DNA of 64,000 nt from the human T2T-CHM13v2.0 reference genome, Homo sapiens, in assembly GCF_009914755.1 (NCBI RefSeq), contig NC_060932.1; one strand, written 5' to 3'. The position numbers and the translations under genes were made by a program. The stretch's first letter is position 1. Each line of letters starts with the position of its first letter. Positions 16,202 to 30,071 of this stretch are shown in pieces. The notes under the pieces were generated by a model. The model ran no database searches. It saw only the letters and a list, made by a program, of their open reading frames with translations, and was not told where the DNA came from.

Positions 16202-19200
16202 TTCTACAGCTCTTCAACGTATTTCTGCCTGTTCTATGCTCTGATGAGGCTGGAGGAAACATTACCAGCCCACAGTTCCTTAAAAACTTTTACAACACTT
16301 TGACAATTAGTTAAGTGTGTTATGAGTGTGTAATACAGGATACCTCAGACTTCACTGGTTAGTCAGAAAGTACAATGTTATATTCACTGATTTCTGTTCA
16401 GTAATTTTCCCTTATATGTGTAGGTATATAACTGTGAAATTCAACTTTCTGTTCATCAGTATAATTAACTATGTAAATAATTATCATAAAAAGCATACAA
16501 TGGAATGATGTTGGATGGGAACAAATTCTCAAGAGTTATTAATTTCTCAGTTATACTAAGTTACTCTAGTTCAGTTGTTGGACTCTGAGGTGAATATAAG
16601 AAATTAACCATGTTAAAATCACAGAATAATTTGGTAATACCGAAGTCTCCAACAGAAGAAGTATACTGATAAAAGAATTGTAAGCTCCATATATCCTCCT
16701 TTATATATGTTTATAGCCTTAAAAATGAACTAACTTAATTAAATTGTATTAATTTAATTCAATTACCAAAATGCACCAAACAGCAAATGTATCTGCCAAA
16801 AAGGCAAAGAGAATATGTTATATTTTCCATGTCTGCACTTATCAATTTTAGTCCTAACACCAAAATACATATATCACAATTACTTTTTAATTAGACTGTG
16901 TCTAAGCTCACAATTGATACCAGAGTTTCATTAAGAAACTGAAGGTCAAGTGGTACCATCATTCCTCAAATCACATTAAAAGTTTTGTCCATTTCATGAT
17001 CTATAGAGATAGCTTCTTCCACGCTATTTTGGTTCATCTCCCCTTCCCAGTAGTTATACCAACACTTCATTACATGTTGCACACTCAGTAACATCCTTTT
17101 CCTTAAGGGAGACTGCCTCCTTCTGTGTGTCACAGAAGCCCAGGATAACGCCATAGAGAGGGGATGGAGGCACCTGCCTCTGCCACATAGTCTCACCTAA
17201 CAGGATCAGCTCAGCATCATGGAGGATTTTGTCTTACAGGGAAAAGGTAAGCAGATCTCCGGTGGTCATCACTACTGCCACAAAATACAAGCAATCTTTA
17301 CTATAAGAGAGCCCCCAGTCCTCACAGGCCCTGAATCCAGTTTGAAGAGTAGCCAGGGGCTGCATCGCTTCAGAGTAGGAGACCAACTTAGGAGCCCTTA
17401 CCCTTGCAACCTAAGCTGCTACAGCACAGCACCATCTTGAAACTAGACCCATTTCTAGAGTACTTTCTGCCCTAGGGATCAGTTTCAACTGAATTCCCAT
17501 TCCTGAGACACCATTGTCACTATACCACATTCACACAGGTGCCTACAGCACTGCAACTCTGGATGCCTGGAGCCTAGGCCAGATGGAATTACCAAGATCT
17601 CAATGTCTGAACCCACATGGCACCACCCTCATTCCGCCAGGGAACAACTGCACTTGCAACATGGAGAAGCTGCTAAATAGCCAGCTGACTGACTTGCCCA
17701 TGTGCGCTCATTGTTGTGCACAGCCCATGGACAACCTGGCAAACCAGCACACAGCTACATCCAGTTCAACAGTCAGCCCTGTGGTTCCCTATGCCCCAAC
17801 CCCAGATCATTGCAGAGCCACCTGAATCCACTGTGCCTGCAAACACTCACACCTGGCTCAACAGGCAGTCCCTTAGTGGACCTGTCCACTTTAATATATT
17901 GCCAAAGAGGCACCTGGCCCAGATATGCCTGCAGGTACATTTACTTATCCCAATAGTCTGTATGACAGCAATTCTGACTCTCTGGACAGAGTGCCATGAA
18001 GCCATCCGGCCCTTCTGTGCCCAGCCCACCCACACTGGGCAGACCTCCAATCTTGCAGTGACCCCAACTCCCTGGAGAGACAGCTGCACAATCTCCCAGC
18101 TGGTCACACTCACACATTCATGAGCTCAGCTTAACAGCCAGCCTGTCAACAGCCACTGCCTCCCCAGAGAGCCCACCAGCCAGCCTGTTAGGCCTCTGTA
18201 CCCACACATGTCTGGCCTGACGACTAACCTGATACTCTCACCCCAAGCAATACTGTGCCACCACCATCACAAACTGTACAGCCTACCCACTGAGGCAATT
18301 GCAGACATTGCTAATGAGAATTATAGCCAAAGAAACTGCACAGAGACCACAGAGGCTAGCCAGAACCAAAACCAACATACCATAACAAATCGACACCAAA
18401 GAACCCATCCATAGGAAAAATTCTTCCCCTACAAAAGTTATATCATTGTAAGGAAACAGCAAACACGAAAAGTCAAGGAAACATGATGGCTTCAAAGGAG
18501 TACAATAAGTCTCCACTAACAGAACCCAAAGCAAAGGACATTTACAGAATATCTGAAAAGGAATTCAAACTGATAATCTTAAGGAAATTTCATGAGATAC
18601 AAAGGAACACAAACAAATAATTCACTGAAGTCAAGAAAACAATTTATGGTCTAAATGAGAAATTCAACAAAGAGAAAGATGTAATTAAAAATATCTTAGA
18701 GTTGAAGAATTCTATGAAGGAAATAAAAAATACAACTGAGAGCTTCAAGAACAGATTAGATCAAGCAGAAGATAGAATTTCTGATTTTGAAGACAGGATT
18801 TTAAAAATAATCTAGTGATGGGGGCAAATAAAGAAAGCCTATGGGACTTATAGAATACCACTAAACAAATAATCTCATTACAGGTATTCCAGTTGTAGAA
18901 GAGATAGAAAAAAGAACAGAAAAGTCATCTAATGAAATAATTTCTGAAAACATTCTATGTATTGGGATATGGATATCCAGATTCAGGAAGCTCAAAGATC
19001 TGTGGATAGATTCAACCCAAAAGAACCTTCCAAGGCACATTATAATCAAACTCTCAAAAGTAAAAGACAGAATTCTAAAAAAAAAAAAAGTAAAAGTAAA
19101 AGTAGAATTCTAAAAGCTGCAAGAGAATAGTGTCAAGTCACATATAAGGGAACTCCCATTAGACTATCAGAAGATTGTGTAGCAGAAATCTTGCAGGCTA

Positions 19201-22015
19201 GGAAAGAATGGAATGAAGAGCTGAGAATTCTCTCAGATTTAACTTGTCCGGGAAGGTCTTTACTTTTCCTTCATTTACGACGGACAGTTTTCCTGGAAAT
19301 AGTACTCTTAGCAAATAGTTTGTTTTTTCCTTAAGCACTTTGTATATATCATCCCATTGTCTCCTAGCCTGCAAAATTGGCCTTATAGGGAAGTCCAATC
19401 ACAAGACTGGCCTTATAGGGAACACTCAAGAAAGTGCTACAACTGCAAACATGAGAAGGATAATTATCACAAAACACATGAAAGTATGAAACTCTCCAAC
19501 AAAGATAAATGTATAATTCAATCTTAGAACACCCTAGTGAAGTAATGGTGCAGTGTAAATCTTTCAATACTCCAGTATGAAGGATTAAAAATGCTCAAAA
19601 ACAATAGCTCCAAGTAGTGGCTAAGGAACACACAACAGATAAATAAGTAAATTAGAGCAACAAAAATATTCATTGTAGAGAAGAGGGAAAAATTGTAGAG
19701 TATTTCTATGTGACCAAAGTCAAGTTGCTATGAACCTAAAATAATCCATTTTAACCACAAGATTTTATGTTAGCACAATAGTAACCACAAAGAAAGAAAT
19801 TAAAGCAGATACATAAATAATAAAGAGAAAGGAAACAAAGCTAGCTCCACAGAAAACCACCAAACTACTAAAGTAAACAGCCACAGAGTAAGAAAGGAAC
19901 AATGTACCTATAAAAGAACCAGGAAACAACTAACAAAATGGCAGGAATAACTCCTTATCTGTCAAAAACCACCTTGAATATAAATGAATTAAATTGTCCA
20001 ATTAAAACATAAGGTATAGAGTGGCTAAATGGAGAAAAAATGGAGAAAAAATTAGACCTAACTATACATAGCATGCAAGAGACTCACCTAATAATTAAAG
20101 ACAAACATCAACTAAATGGAAGGCATAGAAAAAGACATTTCAGGCAAATGAAAACCAAAGTCAACATGAATAGCCATACTTATAAACAGACTTTAAGTCA
20201 GAGACTGAAGAGACATCATTATACAATGAAAATGGGATCAATTCAATAAGAGTATATAATAGTTGCAAATATATATACACCCAACACTGGAGCACCCAGG
20301 TATATAATGAAAATATTATTACATCTAAAGGAATGGACTGCAATGAAATAATAGTATAGGACTTGAGTTCCCCACTTTCATCTAGGAAAAAAGTCTACAA
20401 AGAAAAATTGGAATTAAATTGTACGATAAACCAAATGGACTTAATGAACATTTGTACAGCTTTCCATCCAACAGCTACAGAGCACACATTCTTCTCAACT
20501 GCATTTGGAACATTTTCCAGGATAGATTACATGTTAGATCACAAACGAGTGTTAACAAATTTTAAAAATCTGAACTCTTGTAAGTATCTTTTCTAGCCAC
20601 AATGGTGTAAAACTAGAAGTCAACAAGAAAAACTTCAGAAAATTTACAATAACATGGAAATTAAACAACTTGTTCCTTTGAAACCAATGGGTTAATGAAG
20701 AAATTAAAAGGGATCTAAAAATTTTTCTTGAGACAAACAAAAAGGGAAACAACAAAACCTATGGAACATAGCAAAAGCATTCCTAAGAGGGAGGTTAGCA
20801 ATAAACCCCTAGATCAAAAAACAAAAAAAGATTTCAAATAAAAAACATAAAAACACCCTAAAGGAACAAAAAAAAACACTAGAAAAAACTAAACTCAAAA
20901 TTGGTTGAAGGAAGGAAATAATAAAGCTCAGAGCAGAGATAAGTAAAATAGCGATTCAAAAAATGAAAAGATCAACAAAACAATTGGTTTGTAAAAGATA
21001 AACAAAACTGACAAACCTTAAGATAGACAACAAAAATAAAAGAAAACTCAAATAAAATCAGAGATGAAAAAAGAAATGTTAAAACTGATGTCACAGAAAT
21101 ACAAAGGCTGATAAGAGACTATTATGAATGAACAGCTTCACATCAACAAATTTGATAGCACAGAAGAATCAGTTACATTCCTAGACATACACTGTCTACT
21201 AAAATTAAATTATGAGGAAATAGAAAAACTGAAGAGAACAATAATGAGAGAGGTAATTGAGTCAGTAATAAAAATTCTCTCATCAAAGTATAGCCAGGAA
21301 CATCTGTTGGTTTTACTGCTAAATTAAACCAAACATTAAAAGAACTAATACCAATTATCCTTAAACTCTTCCAGAAAACTAAAGATGAGGGAAAACTTCC
21401 AAACTCTTTATGAGGCCAGCATTATCCTGATTCCAAAAATGAATAAGGAAATTAAAAAAATATATAATATAGGCTAATATCCCTGATGAACATAGATGTA
21501 AAAATTATCAGCAAGATATTAGCCTACCAAATCCAATAGCACATTAAAAAGATCAGGCACTACGATCAGGCGAACCTGATTCTATGATGCAAGAATGTCT
21601 TAACATACCCAAATCATTAAATGTGATAAATCACTTTAATTGAAACAAAGACAAACATCCCTATGATCATTTTAATAGAGGCAGAAAAAGCATTTGACAA
21701 AATTCAGCATCCCTTCATGAAAAAAAATTATCAACAAATTAGGTATAAATGGCAAATAACACAATAAAGGCCATACGGGACAAATCCACAGCTACTATCA
21801 TACCGAATGGGGAAAAAGTCTACAGTTTTCACTCTAAAATTAGGAACTAGACAAGGTTGCTAACTTTTCACCACTTCTTTTCAACATAGTACTAGAAATC
21901 CTAGCCAGGACAATTAGGCAAGAGAAAAAATATTAAGGACATCCAAATTGAAAACAAAGAAGTCAATTGTCCCTGTTGGCAGATGACTTGATTTTAAATA
22001 TAAAAAACCCTAAAG

Positions 22016-22018
<3 letters not shown>

Positions 22019-22056
<38 letters not shown>
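22019..22056. repeat. (AC)n microsatellite, about 19 units
   Basis: Directly visible. Confidence 0.95.
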
Positions 22057-22058
<2 letters not shown>

Positions 22059-22788
22059 TTAGAACTAATAAATAAATTCAGTTAAGTTTCAGGACACAAA
22101 AATCAACATTCAAAAATGGATAGCGTTTGTATAGGCTAATAATTAAGCCTATGAAGAAGAAATCAAGAAAACAATTTCATTTCTGATAGCTACAAAAAAA
22201 ATGATAGCTAAGAATAAACTTATCCAAGGAGGTGAAAGATGTGTACATTGAAAACTGTAAAACTTTGATGTAAGAAATTGAAGATGACAGAATTAAGTGT
22301 AAAGATATTCCACATTCATGAACTGGAAGAATTAACATTGTTAAAATGATCATACCACCCAAAGTGATCTACAAAGTTAATGCAATGCCTATCAAAATAC
22401 AACTGACATTATTCACAGAAACAAAAAAGAAATTCACATGGAATCACAAAAGACCCTAAATAGCCAAAGTAATCCTGAGCAAAGATAACAATGCTAAAAA
22501 TATCACACCACTTAACTTCAAAATATGCTACAAAGCTATAGAAACCAAAACAGCATGGTGGTGGTATAAAAACAGATATGTAAACCAACAGAACAAAAGA
22601 GAGCCCAGAAACAAATTTACCCACTTACAGCCAATTGATTTTCAACCAAGATGCCAAGAACATTGGGGATAAGATAGTCTCTTCAATAAATTGTGCTGGA
22701 AAAAAAAAAGATATCCACATTAAGAACAAAAATAGACTGCTCCCTTTCATGATATACAAAAGTAAACTCAAAACGAATTCAAGGCTTC

Positions 22789-23110
<322 letters not shown>

Positions 23111-25469
23111 TCATGACATTGGGCTAGGCAAGAAATTTTTAAATAAGACTTCAAAAGCACAGGTAACAAAAGCAAAAATATACAAACAGAATTACATCAA
23201 ACAAAAAAACGTTTTGCACAGGAAAGGCCAGTATTAACCAAGTGATGAGACGACATACAAAACAGAAGAAAATATTTGCAAACAATATATTTAACAAGAT
23301 TTAAAATCCAGAATATGTAAAGAATTGAAACAACTCAACAATAAAAAATAAATAATTCAATTAACAAATGGGCAACAGACCTTAACACACATTTCTCAAA
23401 AAAATACATAAAAAAGGCCAACAGATATGAAAAAATGCTCAACATTTCTAATCGTCAAGCAACTACAACTTAAAGTTACAATAAATACCACCTCTTTCCA
23501 GGTAGAATGGCTATTAAGAAAAAGACAAAGGAAACCAATGTTAGAGAACTTGTAGAGAGAAGAGAATATTTACACACTGTTCTTGGGACTGTAAACTAGT
23601 ACATGCATTATGGAAAACAGTATAGGAGTTCTTCCAAAAAATTAAAAATAGAACTACCATATCATCCAGCAATTCCATTCCTGTGTCTATATTCAAAGGA
23701 CATAAATCACTATATTGAAGAGATACCTGGAGTTACATGTTTTTTGCAGCACTGCTCACCATAGACAAGACGGATAATCAAACTGGGCATGCAATAACAG
23801 ATGAATGGGTAAAGATTATATGGAATAGATAAACAATGGTATATGATTCAGCTTTAAAAAGGAATTAAATTCTGTCACTTGCAACAACATGGATGAACAC
23901 AGAGGACATGATGTTACATGAAATAAGCCAGATACAGAAAGACAAATAAATACTGCAGGGTATTGCTTATATATAGAATCTAAAGGGAAAAAAAAAAGGT
24001 AGAGGATATCATAGAAGCAAAGAATAGAACAGTGGTTACCAGAGACTAGGGAAGCAAAAGAGGAGAGGAGGATGAGAAAAGGTTTTTCGAGAGAAACAGA
24101 CTTACAAATGGGTTGAAGGAATAAATTCTGGCATTCCATTGCACAGTAGGGTGACTATATTTAACAGTAAAAATTATGCATTAGAAATTACCAAGAGGGG
24201 CTCCTCAATGTTCTCACCACAAATAAATGATAAATGCATCAGGGGATGGATACACTGACTACCGATTATTGGATCATTATACAACATAGATTTGTATCAA
24301 AGAATCAAATTATACTCCATAAATATGTACAATTATAGTGTGCCACTTTAATAGTAATAAATTTTAAAAATTTTCATGTCTACTCTCCTAAATTACTGAC
24401 ACTAAAACCAATAAAATTCCTCATTGTTACTTCAAATATTTCCATATCATAATTTTAAAAAATCCAGGATGTACTCTTGATATGACATCCTATGTTTCTC
24501 ATGCCCTGGCTTCCATAATAAAGACCATTTGAACTTTTAAAGCTTTCATTATTTATTCTCATCATGTGAAGACCAAGAACCTGCCTTTACATCCTGCTTG
24601 ACTAACAAAATCTAAATATGAATTAATCCTAAAATCCTTGTTTGAGGAATGAGTGATAATTAAGAAATTTCACTGCCTATGCTACCTTGAGCTTACATTC
24701 CCCTGGATCTCCTTATCCCAAAATATCTTCTACATAAACGCTTAAATTTTCAGCGATGTAGTATAGAAATCCTTCTTCTCTATTGATCTACTCACTCTAG
24801 GTTTGCCTTGAACAAACTCTTACTACTTTGTTTTCAACTGTGATTTATATGCTTATGGATACCAATTTTTTGTCAACATTCTAAATTTCTTCATGTGAGC
24901 CTCAGACTCTGGTAGACATACTGTATTACAAGACCAACACATATCCCTAAATTAGCAGAGTCCCAAACTGAAAATACTGTTTCCCACACTATACTAAACT
25001 GAATTTCCTTCAATGTTTACTTTTCAGTTAATATCAGTTATTGTCATCAGCATCCAGCTAGTAACCTACTGGTAATCTACACTACTTCCTCTCTCTTAAA
25101 TTGATATTTCATGGAGCGCTGTGAATTATCTGTTAAAAACAAAAATCTTAACATTATACATTCATCCAGTAAAGAAAACCTTTTATAGCTTCCCATCTGT
25201 GAAATCCTTAGCAAGATACATGAAATCTCTAATTACCTGTTCCTATGTGTATCGTCACTTATCTCTCACTATTCTTGTTTTCACACTCTAGAACCTAATA
25301 GAATCTTTCCAATTTTTTAATACATGTGCTTAGATTTATAGTAATACGGAACTTACTGAAGAACTCAAAAAATATAAAAATCGTTTCATCATTTTTAGAC
25401 AATTAAAAGTAATTTGTGCATTGTCAAGTTTATGGCATTATTTAATAATTTTTCTATACAAAATAATTG

Positions 25470-25879
25470 TGACTTTAAATTTTTGGTAAATAAATATTGT
25501 ATGTACTTGAACAACATGATGATTTTATACATGTATACATTGTGTAATGATTACCACAGTCAAATTAATTAACTCATTCATCCCCACATAAGCTTTATCT
25601 TAGTACAACGGAACTTGCTTATCTTACAACTGAAACACTGAACCCTTGAACAACATCTCTCCCATTCTTCCTACCCTCCAGTGTCTGGTAACCACTGTTC
25701 TACCGTCTATTCTATGAAATCAACTTTTTAAGATTCCACATGTAAGTGAGATCATGTGGTACTTGTCTTTCTGTGTCTGGCTTATTTCACTTAACATGAT
25801 ATTCTTCAGACTCATCTGTATTACCACAAACTGCAGGATTTTCTTCCATTTTATGTCTGAATGACACTCTCTTGTATAC
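25470..25879 (-). mobile_element. L1MA8/9-like 3'UTR fragment
   Basis: TTAAGATTCCACATGTAAGTGAGATCATG...GGCTTATTTCACTTAACAT, an antisense L1MA 3' end. Confidence 0.8.
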
Positions 25880-25892
25880 ACATATCTTTCTT

Positions 25893-27056
25893 TTTTTAAT
25901 TTTATTATTATTATACTTTAAGTTTTAGGGTACATGTGCACAATGTGCAGGTTTGTTACATATGTATACATGTGCCATGTTGGTGTGCTGCACCCATTAA
26001 CTAGTCATTTAGCATTAGGCATATCTCCTAATGCTATCCCTCCCCCCTCCCCCCACCTATGTCCCCAAAGTGTGATGCTCCCCTTCCTGTGTCCATGCCT
26101 TCTCATTGTTCAATTCCCACCTATGAGTGAGAACATGCAGTGTTTGGTTTTTTGTCCTTGCGATAGTTTGCTGAGAATGATGGTTTCCAGCTTCATCCAT
26201 GTCCCTACAAAGGATATGAACTCTTCATTTTTTATGGCTACATAGTATTCCATGGTGTATATGTGCCACATTTTCTTAATCCAGTCTATCATGGTTGGAC
26301 ATTTGGCTTGGTTCCAAGTCTTTGCTATTGTGAATAGTGCCGCAATAAACATACATGTGCATGTGTCTTTGTAGCAGCATGATTTATAATCCTTTGGGGA
26401 TATACCCAGTAATGGGATGGCTGGGTCAAATGGTATTTCTAGTTCTAGATCCCTGAGGAATCGCCACACTGACTTCCACAATGGTTGAACTAGTTTACAG
26501 TCCCACCAACAGTGTAGAAGTGTTCCTATTTCTCCACATCCTCTCCAGCACCTGTTGTTTCCTGACTTTTTAATGATCGCCATTCTAACTAGTGTGAGAT
26601 GGTATCTCATTGTGGTTTTGATTTGCATTTCTCTGATGGCCAGTGATGATGAGCATTTTTTCATGTGTCTTTTGGCTGCATAAATGTCTTCTTTTGAGAA
26701 GTGTCTGTTTATATCCTTTGCCGACTTTTTGATGGGGTTGTTTGTTTTCTTCTTGTAAATTTGTTTGAGTTCATTGTAGATTCTGAATATTAGCCTTTTC
26801 TCAGATGAGTAGGTTGTGAAAATTTTCTCCCATTTTGTAGGCTGCCTGTTCACTCTGACGGTAGTTTCTTTTGCTGTGCAGAAGCTCTTTAGTTTAATTA
26901 GATCCCATTTGTCAATTTTGGCTTTTGTTGCCATTGCTTTTGGTGTTTTAGACATGAAGTCCTTGCCCATGCCTATGTCCTGAATGGTATTGCCTCGGTT
27001 TTCTTCTAGGGTTTTTATGGTTTTAGGTCTATGGATTAAAGACTTACATGTTAGAC
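25893..27056 (-). mobile_element. 5'-truncated, 5'-inverted L1PA4-like LINE-1
   Basis: ORF2 C-terminus and 3'UTR on the minus strand; perfect 13-bp TSD ACATATCTTTCTT at 25880-25892 and 27055-27067; inverted piece 27031-27056. Confidence 0.95.
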
Positions 27057-27104
27057 ATATCTTTCTTAAGAATATACCAGACCACCTTTCAGCATGGCAG
27101 CTAA

Positions 27105-27551
<447 letters not shown>

Positions 27552-27574
27552 TGAAAAAGAAAGAGTCTGTGATT

Positions 27575-27685
27575 GTTTTCATGCCACAATGATGAAGTTG
27601 AATAGTTACAACAGATACTGTGTGCCCTGCAGAGCCTTAAATATTTACTATCTAGCCCTTTACAGAAAGCATTTGCCAACCTCAA
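27575..27685. mobile_element. MER58A-like fragment
   Basis: AAATATTTACTATCTAGCCCTTTACAGAAAGCATTTGCCAACC resembles the MER58 terminus. Confidence 0.7.
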
Positions 27686-27867
27686 CTCTAATGCAATGAC
27701 AGAATATAAGTCATCTTTATATCATTTAACTACATGAAATTAAAGTAATACAGTTGTTAATATATGCACACACGGATACACATATACATAAACACACATT
27801 AATAAACACACACACACACACAGACACACATATCACCCGGTGTATTTTTTAACCTGTATTGAATATA

Positions 27868-29438
27868 CAAGGGATCTTCAAATCATTCATGGAAAATATG
27901 TATTATGAAAGAACTAGGCAAAGTGTTCAAAAATTTTTTGCACCAAAATAAACTCGTACTACTTGTTTAACATGTCTGACAGGACCTCAACTGAAACACT
28001 GAGAAGCTGCTGATCACACATCAGCTTGAAATGAATCTCTATTAGAAAAGTAATTCTGCTGAAATTGCAGCAAGAACAAATACAAATTTATGGTGAAGAT
28101 TAAATGGAAGAATGGTGAAAGCACGGAATCTTTACAAAAAGTTTATGGGAGCAATGCCCCAAAGAAATGACCAGTTTACAAGTAGAAACTCATTTTAAGA
28201 AGGGATGAGATGATATTGAAGATGAAGCCTGCAGGAACAAATGATTTATGTCAATTTGCAAGGAAAAAAGTTATCTTATTTGTATCCTAATTGAAGAGAA
28301 GCAATGATTAAAAGCAAAAACAAAAGCTACAACACTGACATTTCAATTGGTTCCACTTACACCATTCGGACTAAAAAATTAAAGTTAAGCAAACTCTACT
28401 TGATGGTTACCAAAACCTTTGTACCTAAATGAGCTGCAGACAAGTGCTGAGTTTTCGATGGAAATTTTAAACAAGTGTAATCAAGATCCTGAAGCACTTC
28501 CTCTAATTTTAACAGGACAGAAAACATGACTTCATCCAGTACAGTTCTGAAGACAAAGCACAATCAAACCAGTGGCTATCAAGAGGTGTCAGTGGTCCAG
28601 GTGAAACTGCTCCAGTCAAGAGGAAGGGTCATGGCAGCAGTTGTTTGGGATGCTCAAGGCATTTTGCTTCTTGACTTTCAGGAGTGCCAAAGACCAACAA
28701 CATCTGCTTAGTATGAGAGTGTTTTGAGAGAATCATCAACTAAAGCTTTAGCAGAAAAATGCCCATGCCCGAGAACATTTCAGCAGAGTCCTTCTTTACC
28801 ATAACAATGCTTCCACTCATTTCTTTCTTCAAACAAGGACAATTTTGCAAGAGTTTCAATAGAAAATTAGTAGACATCCATCTTAACAGTCCTGATATGG
28901 CTCCTTTGGAGTCCTTTTTTTTGTTTGTTTTCTAATCTTAAAAACGAATCTAGAAAGGACACCTAAATTTCTTCAGCTAATTTTCTTTGAACTTTTAAGT
29001 TCAAGGGGTACATGTGCCCCTGAAACCTTTGTGTAACAAAGGTTTGTTCCAAAGGTAAACTTGTGTCATGGAGTTTGTTGTACAGATTATTTCCTCATCC
29101 AGGTATGAAGGTCAGTACCGATTATTTATTTTTCTTGATCCTCTCCCTGCTTCCACCCCAACACTCTGATAGGCCCCAGTGCATATTGTTGCCGTCTATA
29201 TATCCATGTGTTCTCAACATTTAGCTACCACTAGTAAGTTAATAATGTTTTTTAAAAAACTGCATTGACATCATTAAATTCCCAGAAACGTCAATTCTTC
29301 AGGGATAGACTAAATGGCTGGTATCATCCCTTACAAAAGTGTCTTGAACTTGATGACGCTTATGTTGAAATATAAAGTGTATATTATTTTCTTTATCTTT
29401 TAATTCAATTTTTCCATGAACTTCTTGAAGTCCCCTTG
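27868..29438 (+). mobile_element. Full-length HSMAR2 mariner, transposase decayed
   Basis: TA-flanked terminal inverted repeats (CAAGGGATCTTCAAATCATTCATGGAAAA / TTTTCCATGAACTTCTTGAAGTCCCCTTG). Transposase motifs VMAAVVWDAQGILLLDF and an SPD(M)AP remnant of YSPDLAP near 28890. Confidence 0.92.
28982..29238 (-). mobile_element. L1PA13-like 3'UTR fragment nested in HSMAR2
   Basis: GGTAAACTTGTGTCATGG...TTGTACAGATTATTTC...GATCCTCTCCCT; the mariner resumes at AGTTAATAATG (short duplication AG(C/T)TAAT). Confidence 0.85.
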
Positions 29439-29750
29439 TAAGTAGAATTGAACATCAATAGGAAAGTAAGTTTGAATAGTTATATTCAAGTAGAAAATAT
29501 AGCATAACCTTTGAACAAGAAATTAAGGTTGTTAATGTAAATGATTCTTAAGTGCCTTAAACTGAGATAATTTCCAATTTTCTGCACAAATTTTAAAATA
29601 TATCAGCTACAATATACATTAGTCCGTTCCTTCTATTTTCTTACGTCTTTTTTCTTACAGTAGTTAGATGCTTAACTAAAGTTGGATGTTTAATTTAACT
29701 GATTATTTAAGGGTTTTTTTAAAAAAAATCATAAAACTTGTAAAGATTAA

Positions 29751-30071
<321 letters not shown>

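Noticed and set aside
16737-16759. AT-only 9-bp hairpin AATTAAATT-GTATT-AATTTAATT
   Set aside because: Expected by chance in AT-rich DNA.
17514-18414. Cluster of 68-135 aa ORFs in a GC-richer island
   Set aside because: Lies in the C-rich 5' region of the old L1, with no recognisable domain.
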